Origin: the human T2T-CHM13v2.0 reference genome, Homo sapiens
Length of the DNA: 64,000 nt
Assembly (NCBI RefSeq): GCF_009914755.1
Contig: NC_060939.1
Direction: 5' to 3' (one strand)
This document shows positions 45,426-59,110 of this stretch, piece after piece. The notes beneath the pieces are model-generated. The model saw nothing but the letters and a program-made list of their open reading frames with translations. It searched no databases and was not told where the DNA came from. Position numbers and translations under genes: made by a program. Position 1 is the first letter of the stretch. Every line of letters starts with the position of its first letter.

Positions 45426-46739
45426 TGAGGCCTCTGCACTGCAGGGCTCAGGAGAATCAGGGCCTTGGAAACGCCAACTTTGCCTACACCACTAGCACCC
45501 CTGTGAAGCCTAGAGATGCAAGCCTTGTGTTTCAATCTTCACCCGAAAGATCTGAAGGGTGCAGTGGGCATTGGTCATCTTGGGCTGTCTGGCATTCATC
45601 CTCCCGCCTGGCTGAAGCACAGTGATCCCCTTTGGGAAGCTTTACCCTCAACATGCATTCTTCGTGGGAGGTGCTGTTGCCTCTCCTATGGAAGCCCAAA
45701 GGCCAGAATCTCCCTCACTCCAGTGCAGGTGGGGTGGGGAGGGGCAGACCACAGGACCCTGGGCTGTTGGGGGGAGATGGAGGTCACTCCCCAGCCGTGG
45801 TGGCACATGGACCAGACAGGCCTTGCCACTAACTTCTATGTGATGTCAGTGGCCTCCCCACTTCCAGAGCTCCCCCAGGTGCTGCCTGTGTTCCAAGCCA
45901 GTCTCCCAGCCTGGCGGCAGCCCCCTTCCGGTAGGTGCCCTTGGCTCATTCCTCACAATCAGAAATGCAGACTGGGCAGTGGAGACAAATGGGCTGATGC
46001 AGAGGAGAGTATTTTTACGGAAGCCCCAAACCTCGCAGCGCCTCAGAGTTTATTCCAATGCTTCATTCAAACTGAGATCTGAAATCTATTTTAAACTATT
46101 TTAAAAACACTCATTAAAACACTTAACAATAACAGGTTACCCTGGGGGGACTACTGAGGGTGGGGGTTAGGCCATAAGGAACTGGAGGGCTGATCGCCTT
46201 CTTCACCTCAATCTGAGTTATGGTTTCAAGAGTAGAGGGATGGGACTGCACAGCTGTGTGGAAGTACTGGATGCCACTGAATTGCACACTTAAAAATGCT
46301 TCTGGTGGCAAATGTTATGTGTATTTTACCACAGTATAAAAAAGCACGATTTAAAACAGAACTCAAGATATTGCTTTAAAATGATTTCAATAAATACCAG
46401 ATTGAGCCAAAAAAGATGAGTATAAGCATAAATTAAAAATCCATCAAGTTTTGCCCTCTTTACATATATGTGAGCTGCACCCTAATTAAAACAACAACAA
46501 AAAAACGCTGTTATATACCAAATTACACAACACTGGCAACCCAAAGCTTTCCTAGTTATCTCGAGGTACCAGACAGCTCCTTTCCTACAGAACTCAAGAC
46601 ACAGCATCTCACGCTCGAGCTGGATCCTGAGGTTTCAAGGCAGCTGTTCAAAATCTCTTAGCATTGGCAAGCATGCATCTACATGACTCAGATTATTTTT
46701 CCATTCTGCGCAATCAAAACAAAATTTGAAAAATAAACT

Positions 46740-47160
46740 GATATTGGGATGAGAAAATCATAAAGATGGAATACAGATAAATGGGTGCCAGTGGTTAGGG
46801 AAGGGGAGGGTGGCAGGGAGTGGCTCTCAAGAGGCAGTCCGAGGGGGCATCTCAGCCGCCGTGGACTTCTGTTCCTGATTGTCATGGTGGATGGACAAAG
46901 CTGCCCATGTAATAAGATGTCACAGAACTTTATACAAAAGCATACCAACAAATGAGTGCATGCAGAAACCAGTGAAGCCTGATTAAGAGCTGTAGTCTAG
47001 TTCACTCTATCGGGTCCGTCCATTTCCTGGTTCTGAGAGGGTACTGCAGTTATGTCAGATGTTACCACTGGACAAAGCTGGGTGATAGGTACAACAGACC
47101 TCTCTGTACTCTTTTGGCAATGATCATGACTGTATAATTACTCAAAATAAAAATATTTTA
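46740..47160 (+). mobile_element. L1MC/ME-like 3' fragment
   Basis: gatggaatacagataaatgggtgccagtggttaggg...gtactgcagttatgtcagatgttaccactgg...aaaataaaaatatttt. Confidence 0.75.
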
Positions 47161-47597
47161 AAGTCCATAAATAAATTGGATGCTGAGATCAATATACGAC
47201 TGCCATAACCCCAGTTTTTATATTTTTCTGTTCATCGAATCATCCCATTGTTCTGACTGGCTTAATCATTTGTACAAGCAAAATATGACACGTTAAGAGA
47301 AACATATACTAATAAAACACCATATACGTTTAATTTTTTAAAAAAAGAAAAAAAGGCATCAGCTCCCTTGGAGAAGCTGAAAATCACTGAGGTATTAGAA
47401 AGAACACGTACTGGGGATCAGGAGATAGGCTGGTTCTGCCCTCAGCTAACCAGCTGTCACGTGAAGAACAGTGACTCCACCCAGTCCCGACCATTAAAAG
47501 ACTTTCTTGTTAAGGAAGTGAGATGCATGCACCTGGGAGGGGATATGAGGACATAAGATGCTCCCTAGTAACATGTGACAAAGTATCAAATGAGCGG

Positions 47598-48300
47598 TGC
47601 TATGGATTGACTTGTGTCCCCACAAAATTCTTATGTAGAAACCCTAACTCCCAATGTGACTATAGGTAGAGAGAGGACCTTCAAAAAGCTAATTAAGGTT
47701 GGCCGGGCGCAGTGGCTCATGCCTGTAATCCCAGCACTCTGGGAGGCCGAGGCGGATGGATCATGAGATCAGCAGATCGAGACCATCCTGGCTAACATGG
47801 TGAAAACCCATCTCTACTAAAAATACAAAAAATTAGCCAGGCTTGGTGGCAGGCACCTGTAGTCCCAGCTACTCAGGAGGCTGAGGCAGGAGAATGGCAG
47901 AACCCGGGAGCCAGAACCCGGGAGGCAGAGGTTGCAGTGAGCCCAGATCGTGCCACTGCACTCTAGCCTGGGCGACAGAGCGAGACTCTACCTCAACAAC
48001 AAAAAAAGCTAATTAAGGTTATGTGAGGTCACAGAGTAGGGGCTCTAGGCCAGTATGACTGGCGTCCTTTATAAGGAGGAGAGAGAACAGGCAGGTGCGC
48101 ACACAGAGGAAAGGCCACAAGAGGACACAGGAGAAGGCAGCCAGCTACGGCCAAGAGGAGAGGCCCTCAGGAGAGGCAAAGTCTGCCGACACCTGGATCT
48201 AGGACTTCCAGCCTCCGGATCTGTGAGACAACACATTTCTGTTGTTAAAGCCACTCAGTTTGTGTGGCATTTTGTTATGGCGCCCGAGCAAACCAATAAA
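47598..48300 (+). mobile_element. MLT1A0/B-like LTR interrupted by an Alu
   Basis: tgctatggattgacttgtgtcccc...gaggacacaggagaaggcagcc...ggacttccagcctcc...tttgttatggc. Confidence 0.85.
47701..48003 (+). mobile_element. AluY/Sc-like with a small internal duplication (agaacccgggag x2)
   Basis: TSD aaaagctaattaaggtt at 47684-47700 and 48004-48020. Confidence 0.94.
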
Positions 48301-49595
48301 AAGTAGTATGATGATGTGGCTTAGGAAATGAGATGATGCTTGATTCGAAGTAGCTGCCTGCTCTTCACCAGGGGCCTGAACACAGGATATAATCACAATT
48401 AATGGCATATTCCCATCAAAAGAGAAAGCTTTTATATATTCAAAAGAAACGGAAAGCTAGCCATAAATCCTATGGAAGAAAACCACACCACTGGATACAT
48501 TGTTTTAATGAACACTGGCATTGGAGTCCCTTCACCTGCATTCATTCATTCATTCATTCATTCAGTTCTTCATTTAATCAACCAACCAACAGGAGTGACC
48601 AAACCTCTCAATCCAGTGCCAGGTGCTGAAGGACACACAGCCTGGAGGCCAGAGCTGGGCTCTGTTTTGCTCAGGGGCTGCCAGGGGAGAAGTACAGGCA
48701 AGCGCCACACGATTGAGAGATTATGTCTCCACGGGGCAAGCCAGGAAGCAGGAGGAGCACGGAGCAGAGGCGCCCCGGACATGGGTACTGTGGCCAAGCC
48801 TGACCCGTGAACCCCAGGAAAGAGCAGCCACTCCTAGAAACAGCACATGCCTGGCAGCCCTGTTGACAGACAGAGGTCAGCCGGTACAAGTATCCATGGC
48901 CCCAACCTGACCTGGGCCTGGGTCAGCCAGCACTCCAGGGAAGCATCCTTCACACGGCCTTTGTCTAGCAATTCCCTCATGGAGACAGCCCCCAAATAAC
49001 AAAGCAGGAGGAGTTGGCTGGTTGCTTCTTGACATCTCGCTCTCAGATCTGGTTAGAGGACCGATGAAGTGTAATATATTAAAAATCATTTTGTAAACTC
49101 TAAAATGTGACATGAATGGTAGCTATCATTATATTAGATTTTGAAGGGTCTTGTGAGTCACCTAACCCAAAGTGATCATTTGATGGATTAAGAAACCAGA
49201 GTGGAGACACATCCAAGGCCACCCAGCTGGCACGTGGCAGAGCCAGAACAAAGGCTTAGGGCTACTCACTGCTGGGGCTCCCCCAGAAGCTCAGGTTTTC
49301 AACATGTGAATTTCATAACAGTATGTATTTTTCACACCTATACTGTTTTCTTCGATTTTACTACAATTCTAAACATACACGATTCACAATTTTGATTCCG
49401 GCAATGCAATACTATATTTCAGCCTCCCGATGAACAAAGGTTCGCGTTATGGCAGGGAAAACTGGAAACACCCTTGGCATTGTGCCTGTATTAACCAAAC
49501 ACTGTGTGCAAAGAATGGTTTCCATTTGAAATCCATGAGAACTCAAGAGCAAACCAGACATAACTGAGGACGGGAGAGAAAGGAAAATGGCAGGT

Positions 49596-49952
49596 GAAGG
49601 GGAAGGTGAGGGAGGGGAAGGTAGAGGGGGAGGGGAAGGTAGAGGGGGAGGGGAAGGTAGAGGGGGAGGGGAAGGTAGAGGGGGAGGGGAAGGTAGAGGG
49701 GGAGGGGAAGGTAGAGGGGGAGGGGAAGGTAGAGGGGGAGGGGAAGGTAGAGGGGGAGGGGAAGGTAGAGGGGGAGGGGAAGGTAGAGGGGGAGGGGAAG
49801 GTAGAGGGGGAGGGGAACGTAGAGGGGGAGGGGAACGTAGAGGGGGAGGGGAAGGTAGAGGGGGGAGGGGAAGATAAGGGAGGGGAAGGTAGAAGGGGAA
49901 GGGAAGATGAGGGAGGGAAAGGGAGAGGAGGAGGGGAAGGTGAAGAAGGAAA
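49596..49952. repeat. G-rich polypurine tract; core 18-bp unit gtagagggggaggggaag x ~14
   Basis: Near-perfect tandem array at about 49613-49872; two copies carry aac instead of aag. Confidence 0.97.
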
Positions 49953-50495
49953 GGGTGTTTTCTCAGCACTGCATGCCACTTTCAGTGCTGTCTTTAGTCA
50001 CTAAAAAGCAAGTAGCCTGGCACCAAGGCAGGTGGAAGAGATTGCATGTCTTATAATCTACAGTCACACTTCACCCCTTAGGGTAAAGCTCAATAAAGGT
50101 CATGTGCATGCATGAGAACAAACTGCTAAGCTTTCATCTCATGACCACAACTGTGTAACTTAGCAGGCTGCCTCTCCTGCCTGAGTGACCAAAATGCTCA
50201 GAGCCAAATGCACCCCCAACTGCAGACCCCTTGGAACGGCCTGGTGGCTTTTCCCCTTGGTGTCACTCTTCATAGCTTCCTTAATGACCCTTCATCTAGA
50301 TGCCTTCTGCCATCAATAACTTCAAAACATTTCAGGAAAATAAAAAAAGGAAAGTCAAAGACCAACTTACAGGAAGGAAGGCAACAGAATGTGCAGTGCT
50401 TGTTTGAGGACAGCTCCTCCACTGTGACCAGGAAGTCTCCAGATTCTCCCAGGGTGTATCAGCCCCTTAGATTATTATTTCAACTCTAAACTTAC

Positions 50496-50539
50496 CAACA
50501 GTGTCACACGGTTCATCTTTGTGTACACAGAAATCTGTC
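50496..50539 (-). CDS. ADAMTS17: ADAMTS17 coding exon (probably exon 7), 44 nt, phase 2/1
   Basis: Minus strand reads tttttattttttAG|GACAGAT...ACTGTTG|GTAAGT. It completes the R codon and encodes TDFCVHKDEPCDTV(G), the ADAMTS 'TRxDxC...CDTxG' motif. Also visible inside ORF 50467..50709(-). Confidence 0.96.
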
Positions 50540-51010
50540 CTAAAAAATAAAAAAGCCATCATCAGGTATATGCAGTATCCCCAAGAATGGGAGAAGAAAA
50601 CACTGTGAATTAACCTCAAGTAGTCATCCTGCAATGTTATTTTTCCAGTGGACACAGGCCACAGCGAATGATAACAAACAGCAGCGTTTGGCAACAGTAA
50701 TCCATCCACATTTCCCGGGGTAGGTCCACTTACCCCACATGAGAACCTTCTTTTACAGATGAACTATTCTATACATAACAGTTGCTGGAAGGACTCCTTT
50801 CAGCAGCTGAAAATGTTTTGGAAGATGTTTGCCAAGTCACTGATCCGAGACAATTCTCAGACAATAGCATCCAACTGCAGTGGCCTCCCCAAGCTACTCT
50901 ACTTCCCCAAGCTACTCTATTTGGGCAGCAACTGGTTTTTGATGCTGTAATGACCATGTATTGCTTTCACAAGAAGACAACAAAAAGTCATTTCTAAAAA
51001 CTGTATTCCT

Positions 51011-51379
51011 CTACTATGCAGCCATAAAAAGGAATGAGATCATGTTCTTTGCAGGGACATGGATGGAGCTGGAGCCTATTATCCTCAGAAAACTAATGCA
51101 GAAACAGAAAAGCTAACACCACATGTCCTCACTTGTAAGTGGGAGCTGAATGATGAGAACACATGGACACATGGTGGGGAACAACACACACCAGGGCCAG
51201 CCGGGGGAGGCGGGGTGAAGGAGAGGGACAGCATGAGGAAGAATAGCTAACGGATGCTGGGCTTAATACCTAGGTGATGGGTTGATCTGTGCTACAAACC
51301 ACCATGGCACATGTTTACCTATGTAATGAACCTGCACATCCTGCACATGTGCCCCAGAACTTAAAAGTTGAAGGAAAAA
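51011..51379 (+). mobile_element. L1PA15/16-like 3' end, 5'-truncated
   Basis: gcagccataaaaaggaatgagatcatg...ctgcacatcctgcacatgtgccccagaacttaaaa; TSD aaaaactgt(a/c)ttcct at 50996-51010 and 51380-51394. Confidence 0.9.
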
Positions 51380-51975
51380 AAAAACTGTCTTCCTTAAAGC
51401 TCCCCAGGATCCCCTGGGTGGGTGGTATCTGTGGACCAGTGAGACAGCAAAGATGCTTGAAACCTGGTCCAGCCCTGGTTCTGCAAGTACAAGGGGTTCA
51501 TCTGGCCTGCTGTGGGGAAACCAGGTGTCTAGGCTCTTCTTTTCTAATACTGGATCACTCCTATGCTTCTTTATAAGTTTCCATGGTCAGGGATCAACCA
51601 CAGAGGGTTGGCTGGGGCAGGACTCAGCCGGCTGAGGAGCCACAACCTGGCCCAGACATGGCCCCTCCCAGGCCCCACACCCATCTTCTCTCAGGGCCCA
51701 AAGAACGCTTGAGATCCACACTTTTCATAACCTCACTCCAAAACCAAGGTAACCTTCAGGGAAATGGAGAAGGAATATCATAAAGAGATGAAAAGGCCTA
51801 GTGACTTGATTTTTCCATCAGACTCCCTTTTAGAAGATGAAGCAATAGGCGATAGAAGCAGCACTGGCAGAGGGGAAAGCAAATAAAATTAGAGCCATGG
51901 GTGTGCTCACTGGCCCCATACCTACCTAGCCCCAGCCCAACATTCAGCACCCTTCCCAATTCTCGTGTTTTGAGC

Positions 51976-51976
<1 letters not shown>

Positions 51977-52023
<47 letters not shown>
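51977..52023. repeat. (CA)~23 microsatellite
   Basis: Pure AC run. Confidence 0.97.
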
Positions 52024-52024
<1 letters not shown>

Positions 52025-54119
52025 CTGGCCCAGGACCTTGCTCCAGGGTTTCTCAGAGTTGTGAACAGGACATATTTAAAGCTTTGCCCCATCATCTAAG
52101 CTGGGCAAAGGGAGAAAGGGACCAAGGCCTCAGTCTGACAGAAGAGAAGTGAAGCCGCAGGCCAAGGCAGGCGCCATTTTGCAGAGAGCCAGCCCTGTTG
52201 GCTGAGGAGGACTCCACCTCCCTGCGTTCTCCCATCCAATGGCTGCCCTGAGGGGAAACAGTCAGTCTCAAATGACAGACCCCGAGGTACCACCCACTGC
52301 TTCACTGGAGGAAGAGGTGTGTTCAGCTCAGGGAGGGAGAGCCACACTCAGTTAGAGGCCTGTCTTGAAAAGGTCAGCCGAATCTGAATCTCGATCCTTC
52401 CTGTTCAAGGTCCTTTCTCAGAAGAGAAGCAGCAAGCCACCTGCCTGCAGGGGCTGCTTTATCTCCAGGGAACCTGGCTCTGTTCCATTCATTATCAGGG
52501 GCACTCACTTTTTAGGTCATCCCACTGCCAACTCATGACAAACCCCCAGGCAGGGACTGTAGGGTTCACTTCAGGAATGAAAAGAGGGCTAGACTTGGCT
52601 CCCAGCGCCTACATCCATTGAAACCCCAAGGTGCGTTCCTCGAGGCTGACTTGGATCTGCATGACAGGGCTGGCTTTGTGGGTGTCTGACCCATGCCCTG
52701 GGCTAACACTCTGCTGTCGCGGGGTCCATATTTTCATTTTGCATGGGGCACCACAAGTTACACAGCTGATCCTGTGCGTAACTCACAGCCAGGCATACAG
52801 TTGGGACTTAATACATTCGTTTATTAATTGACTGACGTTTCCAGACCCTTTCAAGGGGCCCTGCAAGCTACCCAGCAGCCATGGCCTCACGAGCGTGGGA
52901 AGCCTGGGAGCGTAACATCAAGTTCCATGGATACTTGCTGAGGCTTCACCACGCGCAAAGCCTGGCAAGAGGGTCCCCTGGCAGAAGGTAAAGGGAAGGG
53001 TGCCCCGAGGAGTTAGATGGTATTATGCTGGAGGGGAAGGTCTGGCCAGAGGGATCCTGGTGGTGCAGCTTCGGGCCAGCTGTGTCTGCTATGGCGTCTC
53101 CCAGGCACTCTCACCCAGAGCACAGGCCCAGGCTCGAGGAGGAGTTCTCGACTTCAGGGAGGAGTTCTCTGCGTTCTCAGCTTTCTGGGTCAGATGTGGA
53201 GGCCAAGGTGAAGCCCCCCCAGGTGCTGAAGCCCCCTAAGCCCTGGCTTCTGTGTGGGCTCCGTGTGACCCCAGGCCCAGTCCACTCAGGGGTCCTTCCA
53301 AGTCCCAGACACAGCTGCAGAAAACCCAGCTTCAACCGCTTCTGGCTCAGCAGCTCCTGCTAGACATGTCATGCTCACGTCCTCCATGGCAGCCACCTAG
53401 CCACCTGTTTGTCAGGGAACGTCTTGGAAAATACACTGTCCGGCTTGACCACAGCCTGGAAGGTGAAAAAAGAACCTTAAACGGGAGGAAATTCTCACGT
53501 TGGCCCGTCCTAGCTCAGGACCTGGAAGCTGGCCCCTGAGCGCAGCCAGGCCCGTGCAGCCTCAGCTCGGGTTACGGTGGGAGGAAAGGACAGTTTCTCC
53601 AGGGCAGAAGCTGCCTTGCACCCAATCTCCCTGTGAAAACATCAGCCCATTATTATCCCAACCTAGGGAATTGCAGCTCTCTACCTCTAGTTATTATACA
53701 AGGCTTCCTGGCCAACTCAGCTTCCTGCCCGACTCCACTGCGGCCTCCCCCGTCCTTCAAGGAGATCTTCAATTTAACATCTGCGAGGACCCAGAAGACG
53801 GGACGTGCACTGATCTGTTCAGTCCAGCAGCTCCACAGCAGCAGGTGAGAGGGACTGTGATTGCTCATGTAGCTTCAAGGCGTCAGCCCAAAATGCAGAA
53901 GAAAGCTCAGGCTCCCGGGCTGGCAACAGCTAATAGCTATGCAAGATGCCAAATGCATCCTTCATCCAGAGCCCAGCAGCCTGTGGCTGACAAAACCTTG
54001 TTTTCTCTGTACCTGGATGAGGACATTGCCCATGCCCCCAGCATCCTCATCCAGAACCACTCCCATGCAATTAGGATCCCTCTCCTATGTGTTTAGTTAA
54101 AACAGAACATTTTTACTAC

Positions 54120-55160
54120 TAATTTTTTTATTGTGCTAATACATGAACATAAAATTTACTATCTTAACCATTGAGTGTAAAGCTCAGTAATGTTAACTAA
54201 ATTCACTGTCATGCAACCATCACCGCTATCCACCTCCAAAACCTTTCCATCACCCCACACCGAAACTCTGTACCCATGAAATAACAACTCCCCATTCTCC
54301 CTTCTCCCCAGCCTCTGACAACCACCATTCTTTATCTCTACGAATCTGACTACTGTAGGTACCTCACATAAGTGGAATCACGCAGTATTTGTCCTTGAGG
54401 TTCATCCATGTTGTAGCGCGTGTCACAATCTCCTTCCTTTTTAAGGCTGAGTAATATTCCCTTGTACATATACAGCATATCTGTTTACCCATTCATCCAT
54501 CAATGGACATATAGGTCACTCCCACCTCTTGGCTGTCATGAATAATGTTGCTGTGAACATGAGTGTTCAAATATCAGAGTCTCTGCTTTCAATTATCTTG
54601 AATTTCAGTTCTTCTGGGTTCAGAAGTGGGATCACGTGGTAACTCTAGTTTTGAGTTTTTGAGGTACCATCATCTGGTTTTCTATTGTGGCTGTACCATT
54701 TTACATTCCCATCGATGGTGCACAGAAGAGTTCAAATTTCTCCACAGTCTTCCAACACTTGTTATTTTCCATTGTTTTGCGTATTAGTCCATTTTCACAC
54801 CACTGATAAAGACATACTCAAGACTGGGAAATTTACAGAAGAAAGAGGTTTAATGCACTTATAGTTCCACATGGCTGGGGAGGCCTCACAATCATGGTGG
54901 AAGGCGAAAGGCACGTCTCAGATGGCAGCAGGCAGGGGAAGAGAGCTTGTGCAGGGAAACACCCCCTTATATAATCAGATCTTGTGAGACTTCTTCACGA
55001 TCCCGAGAACAGCACAAGAAAGACCTGCCCCCACGATTCTATTACCTCCCACCAGGTCCCTCCCACAACATGTGGGAATTCAAGATGAGATTTGGGTGGG
55101 GACACAGCAAAACCGTATCATTTTGTTTTACAGTAGCCATTGTAAAAAGTTTGAGGTATA
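54120..55160 (-). mobile_element. L1MB-like, interrupted by THE1
   Basis: aacataaaatttactatcttaacc...caaccatcaccgctatccacctcc...taaggctgagtaatattcc. Confidence 0.85.
54780..55120 (-). mobile_element. THE1 solo LTR
   Basis: gtattagtccattttcac...gatgagatttgggtggggacacagcaaaaccgtatca; TSD ttttg on both sides. Confidence 0.92.
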
Positions 55161-56236
55161 GAAAAGAAGATTTTTACAGAAAATATTTCCTTTGTGGTAA
55201 GTTAGGAGGGTGAAAAATGAAAAGAAAGTCTAACTCATAGCATCTTTGCATTGAGGGTGCGTCATGACTGCTGATGTCTCCTTGTAAAAGGGCTAATACA
55301 GACGTCCTGTCAACAGTCATCTTGGTGACATTTATTGCCTCTGGAAAAAAAATGCCATTCATCCCCAAATGCAGACCACTTACAAGTGCTTTCTCCACTC
55401 AATGAAACAGCAGGAAAGAGAGAAAACTTTTTCCAATGTAGGGAAAATTACCATAAGCCATTAATTATTTCTTAGCAAAACACCAGAAACTATAGATTTT
55501 CCATAGTATTTATGAAAACTCTTCTCAAAGTAGAAACCTTGGGAGTTTAGCTGCATATTCCACAGATGACGTTGTTTAGAGTTCCTCTCTAGGAAAGTCT
55601 TTCAGACCAAATATAATTACCATTTGGAAAATCAGCTCCATTTACTTATGATCATGCACAGACACGGTTCCCAAGGACTCTTGCTTGCTCCCTAAATCGA
55701 ATCCACTCTCAAATCATGGTACCCTTAACCTGAATGCTGCGGCACCCAGGGTATTCTACAGAAAGCCTCACAGTCGCCAAATGCCATTGCAAAGTGCCTT
55801 GAGCAACAGCGGCCTCTGGCCAGTGAGTGTGGGCAGCCACTGCTCTTGGGGAGGGCGGTGCCTGAAGGCTCCCAGTGCTCACTGGAGTGGGCAAGTCCAG
55901 GTCAAAAGCATGGGCCAGGTCATGTTCATCCCTTGGTCCCTGGTGCCTGCTACTACATCAGCCATGTCATAGACGATCAGAATTATTAGACAGACTTTTT
56001 CTAAAATGTCTCTTCAATAACTGATTGTCTATGATAGAGCTTATATATGGATTATATATGTAATCATATCCTGTAGAAGCAGCAAGTGTTCTCCTAAGGG
56101 ACTGGCACGCTACAAAGCACACTGTGAAATGTGTAACAAAGCATACTCAGGGCTGGCAATCGACGAACCATCCACAAGAGTGAGCAGGCATCCATTTGGC
56201 AATGGGTGGTGGCATTGTGTCTATTCTAGGATTTTT

Positions 56237-56615
<379 letters not shown>

Positions 56616-56723
56616 TGAGACGTCATGGGGCTCAGAGTTTGCAGCACATGGCCTGAGAAATGCAACCAAAAGCCTTTCTTGACTCAAAACCAAATGTTAA
56701 CTGAGATTTAACTCTTTGTGGAT

Positions 56724-57047
56724 GGCCAGGCGTGGTGGCTCACACCTGTAATCCTAGCATTTTGGGAGGCCAAGGCGGGCAGATTACCTGAGGTCAGGGG
56801 TTCCAGACCAGCCTGGCCAATGTGGTGAAACCCCATCTCTACTAAAAATACAAAAATTAGCCAGGTGTGGTGGCACACGCCTGTAATCCCAGCTACTCAG
56901 GAGGCTGAGGCAGGAGAATCACTTGAACCCAGGACGCAGAGGTTGCAGTGAGCCAGGATTGCGTCATACTGCACTTGAGCCTGGGCAACAGAGGAGACTC
57001 CATCTCAAAAAAAAAAACCAAAAACCAAAAAACAAAACAAAACAAAA
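56724..57047 (+). mobile_element. AluSx-like
   Basis: Full-length ggccaggcgtggtggctcacacc... with A/CAAA tail. Confidence 0.95.
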
Positions 57048-57434
57048 AACCTTTTTGTGGAGAAACAAACTGTCCCCAAGCTAAAGATATGATAAAGTTC
57101 TCCCTTCCACAACTTTACTTCCAAATTCACAGAGTTGGAAAAGCAAGCACGCAATTTGGGAAGTAGTTTCTTTAAATTAAAAAAAGTCATTAAAATTCAA
57201 AGTTGACATATTCTTAGCAACTCTAATAAACAGCTGGTATTTTTAATCTAATGGATTAAGTTATTTAGGAATATTTCTGTGTATTTTATAAAGGGAGAGT
57301 TTTGGTATGAACATGTAACACATTTTGTTTAAGTTATTAAAGTAAAGCAACCAAAGAAAAATCAGTGTTCTCAAAGAGGGTTGAAAACATAAGAAAAAAA
57401 TGATATAGCCACATCGACATCAATGACATACAAC

Positions 57435-57670
57435 AGTTGTATCCCCCAAAAAAGAAATGTCCAAGTCCTGACCCTCAGTACCTGTGAATGTGACCCTATG
57501 TGGAAAAAGGGTCACTGCAGGTAGAATCAAGGTAAGATGTGGTCACACTGGAGTAAGGTGAGCCCAAATCCCATGACTGTTATATTTATAGGAAGAGGGA
57601 AGTCTGGACAGAGTCACAGGCAGGGAGAATGCCATGTGACAATGGAGGAGGGACAAAGAGGGACACAGCT
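57435..57670 (+). mobile_element. MLT1C-like LTR fragment
   Basis: gtccaagtcctgaccctcagtacctgtgaatgtgaccctatgtggaaaaagggtc...gccatgtgacaatggagg. Confidence 0.75.
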
Positions 57671-57868
57671 ACATGCCCAGGCATCGTACCTACCTCAGAG
57701 GTGGATACCACCGTTAACCCCCACTTACTAATGAGGAAACCAAAACCCAGACAGGTGGCCCAAGGTCTGATTTCCAAGCCTGAGTTCCTAACAACATGCC
57801 TATTTCCTCTCTGAAGGGAAACATCTTTTCCCTCTCACATGTCAGCTACAGGCCAAATCCCATCTTAC

Positions 57869-58026
57869 CTGGTCACAAACACAGCAGCATCCACCAGGGG
57901 CGGGTCGTCCTTCCCGCCGGGAACCTGGTTATTGCCGAGGTATCGCGCTCCTCCATACTCCTCGTTCTGCCAGTGACAGAAGCTCTCCAGGGACCGCTCA
58001 CCATGGTGCCCAATGGACAACTTAGC
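57869..58026 (-). CDS. ADAMTS17: ADAMTS17 coding exon (probably exon 6), 158 nt, phase 0/2
   Basis: Minus strand reads ctgactttttttAG|GCTAAG...GTGACCAG|GTAAGA. It translates to [52 protein letters not shown](R), containing the ADAMTS-type 'SLESFCHWQ' and 'DAAVFVTR' motifs. Confidence 0.97.
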
Positions 58027-58741
58027 CTAAAAAAAGTCAGAGGACAGTTAGAGAAACAAACGCCTGGGAGGCCAGAGTTTATTTCCAGACTATGACAAGG
58101 ACGTTAAGGTGGAGGCAGTCACTCACTGAGACATCATTTGATGACTCACTGCCCTCGAAGAAAAGCCTGATGCTAGTGGGTACGTGGCATAGATCCAGAG
58201 AGACCATCAGGGGCCTTATATATGAGTGCAAGTGAAGACTATGCTGTTTTTAAAAAAGCATCTTCTTTTCTGCAAACAGAACAGTATCCCAAACCAAGCG
58301 ATGCTCCCTCAGTCTCATGGTGGTGGCTTGACCCGGCAGGTAACATCAGCATGTGGGAAGGCGCTCCATTGAAAGACCAGAAAATGATGCTGCCATGAAC
58401 CCAAACTGGGGTCGAAGCTCTAATGTAGTTTCAGAAGGGAAGCCACAATGCCAGAGACCTTGCCATCAAGCTTTGCACTATCCTAGAGACTCCATCCGAG
58501 ACCCTCCGGGAGAGGTGGATGTGTGTGGGCTCACTGCTTAGGGTTCCCTGAGATTCTCAACAGCCCCCCCTCACACCATGCTTCCGGTACTGATGCCGGC
58601 TTTCCTCTCACGCTGGCAAAGCCACAGAGAGTGACGGAGACTGGCAACTCCCTGGAGCCCCGCTTAGCATTCAACAGCAATTGGGAAGCTCCAGCCCAGC
58701 CACATTTTCTGCTTGCTTGAAAGGTGCCTGTGGGGACTTAC

Positions 58742-58825
58742 GGGACGTTGTCGTAGCAGGACAAGCTTGGTCACTTGAATGTTAATTTTAATCCCCAGGC
58801 TCTGGTGCTGAAACATATTGTATAC
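58742..58825 (-). CDS. ADAMTS17: ADAMTS17 coding exon (probably exon 5), 84 nt, phase 0/0, metalloprotease domain
   Basis: Minus strand reads ttttttctgtcttgatAG|GTATACAAT...CAACGTCCC|GTAAGT. It translates to [28 protein letters not shown], recognised as ADAMTS17 and in frame with the next exon. Confidence 0.96.
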
Positions 58826-58884
58826 CTATCAAGACAGAAAAAAGAAATAAAGATATAAAGATAAAAAATTTTAAAAATACAGTA

Positions 58885-59110
58885 GTATCCTAGATGGGAA
58901 CTTGGGACACAGAAAAGAGATTATGTAAAAATAAGGAAATAGAAATAAAGTGTAGACTTTAGTTTATAACACTGTATCAGTATTGGTGCATTAATTACAA
59001 GAAACATGCCATTCTAATATGAGAGGCTCATGATGGGGAAACTATGTATGGCAGCTCTCTGTACTAACTGATCAACTTTTCTGTACATCTAAAATTGTTC
59101 TAAAATACAA
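58885..59110 (+). mobile_element. L1MC-like 3' fragment
   Basis: aataaagtgtagactttagtt...gtatcagtattgg...ctctctgtactaact...ttttctgtacatctaaaattgttctaaaa. Confidence 0.7.

Noticed and set aside
49412-50004. Extensin/formin-like PPPLPS and GEGRGG repeat ORFs
   Set aside because: Translations of the 18-bp (multiple of 3) tandem repeat, open on both strands; no splice or promoter support.
50886-50920. Two-copy 18-bp duplication ccccaagctactcta
   Set aside because: Trivial slippage duplication with no evident consequence.
53500-54096. 198-aa ORF, and similar 170-190 aa ORFs at 43947, 44556 and 45516
   Set aside because: No recognisable domain; mostly non-ATG starts; expected by chance in GC-richer intronic DNA.
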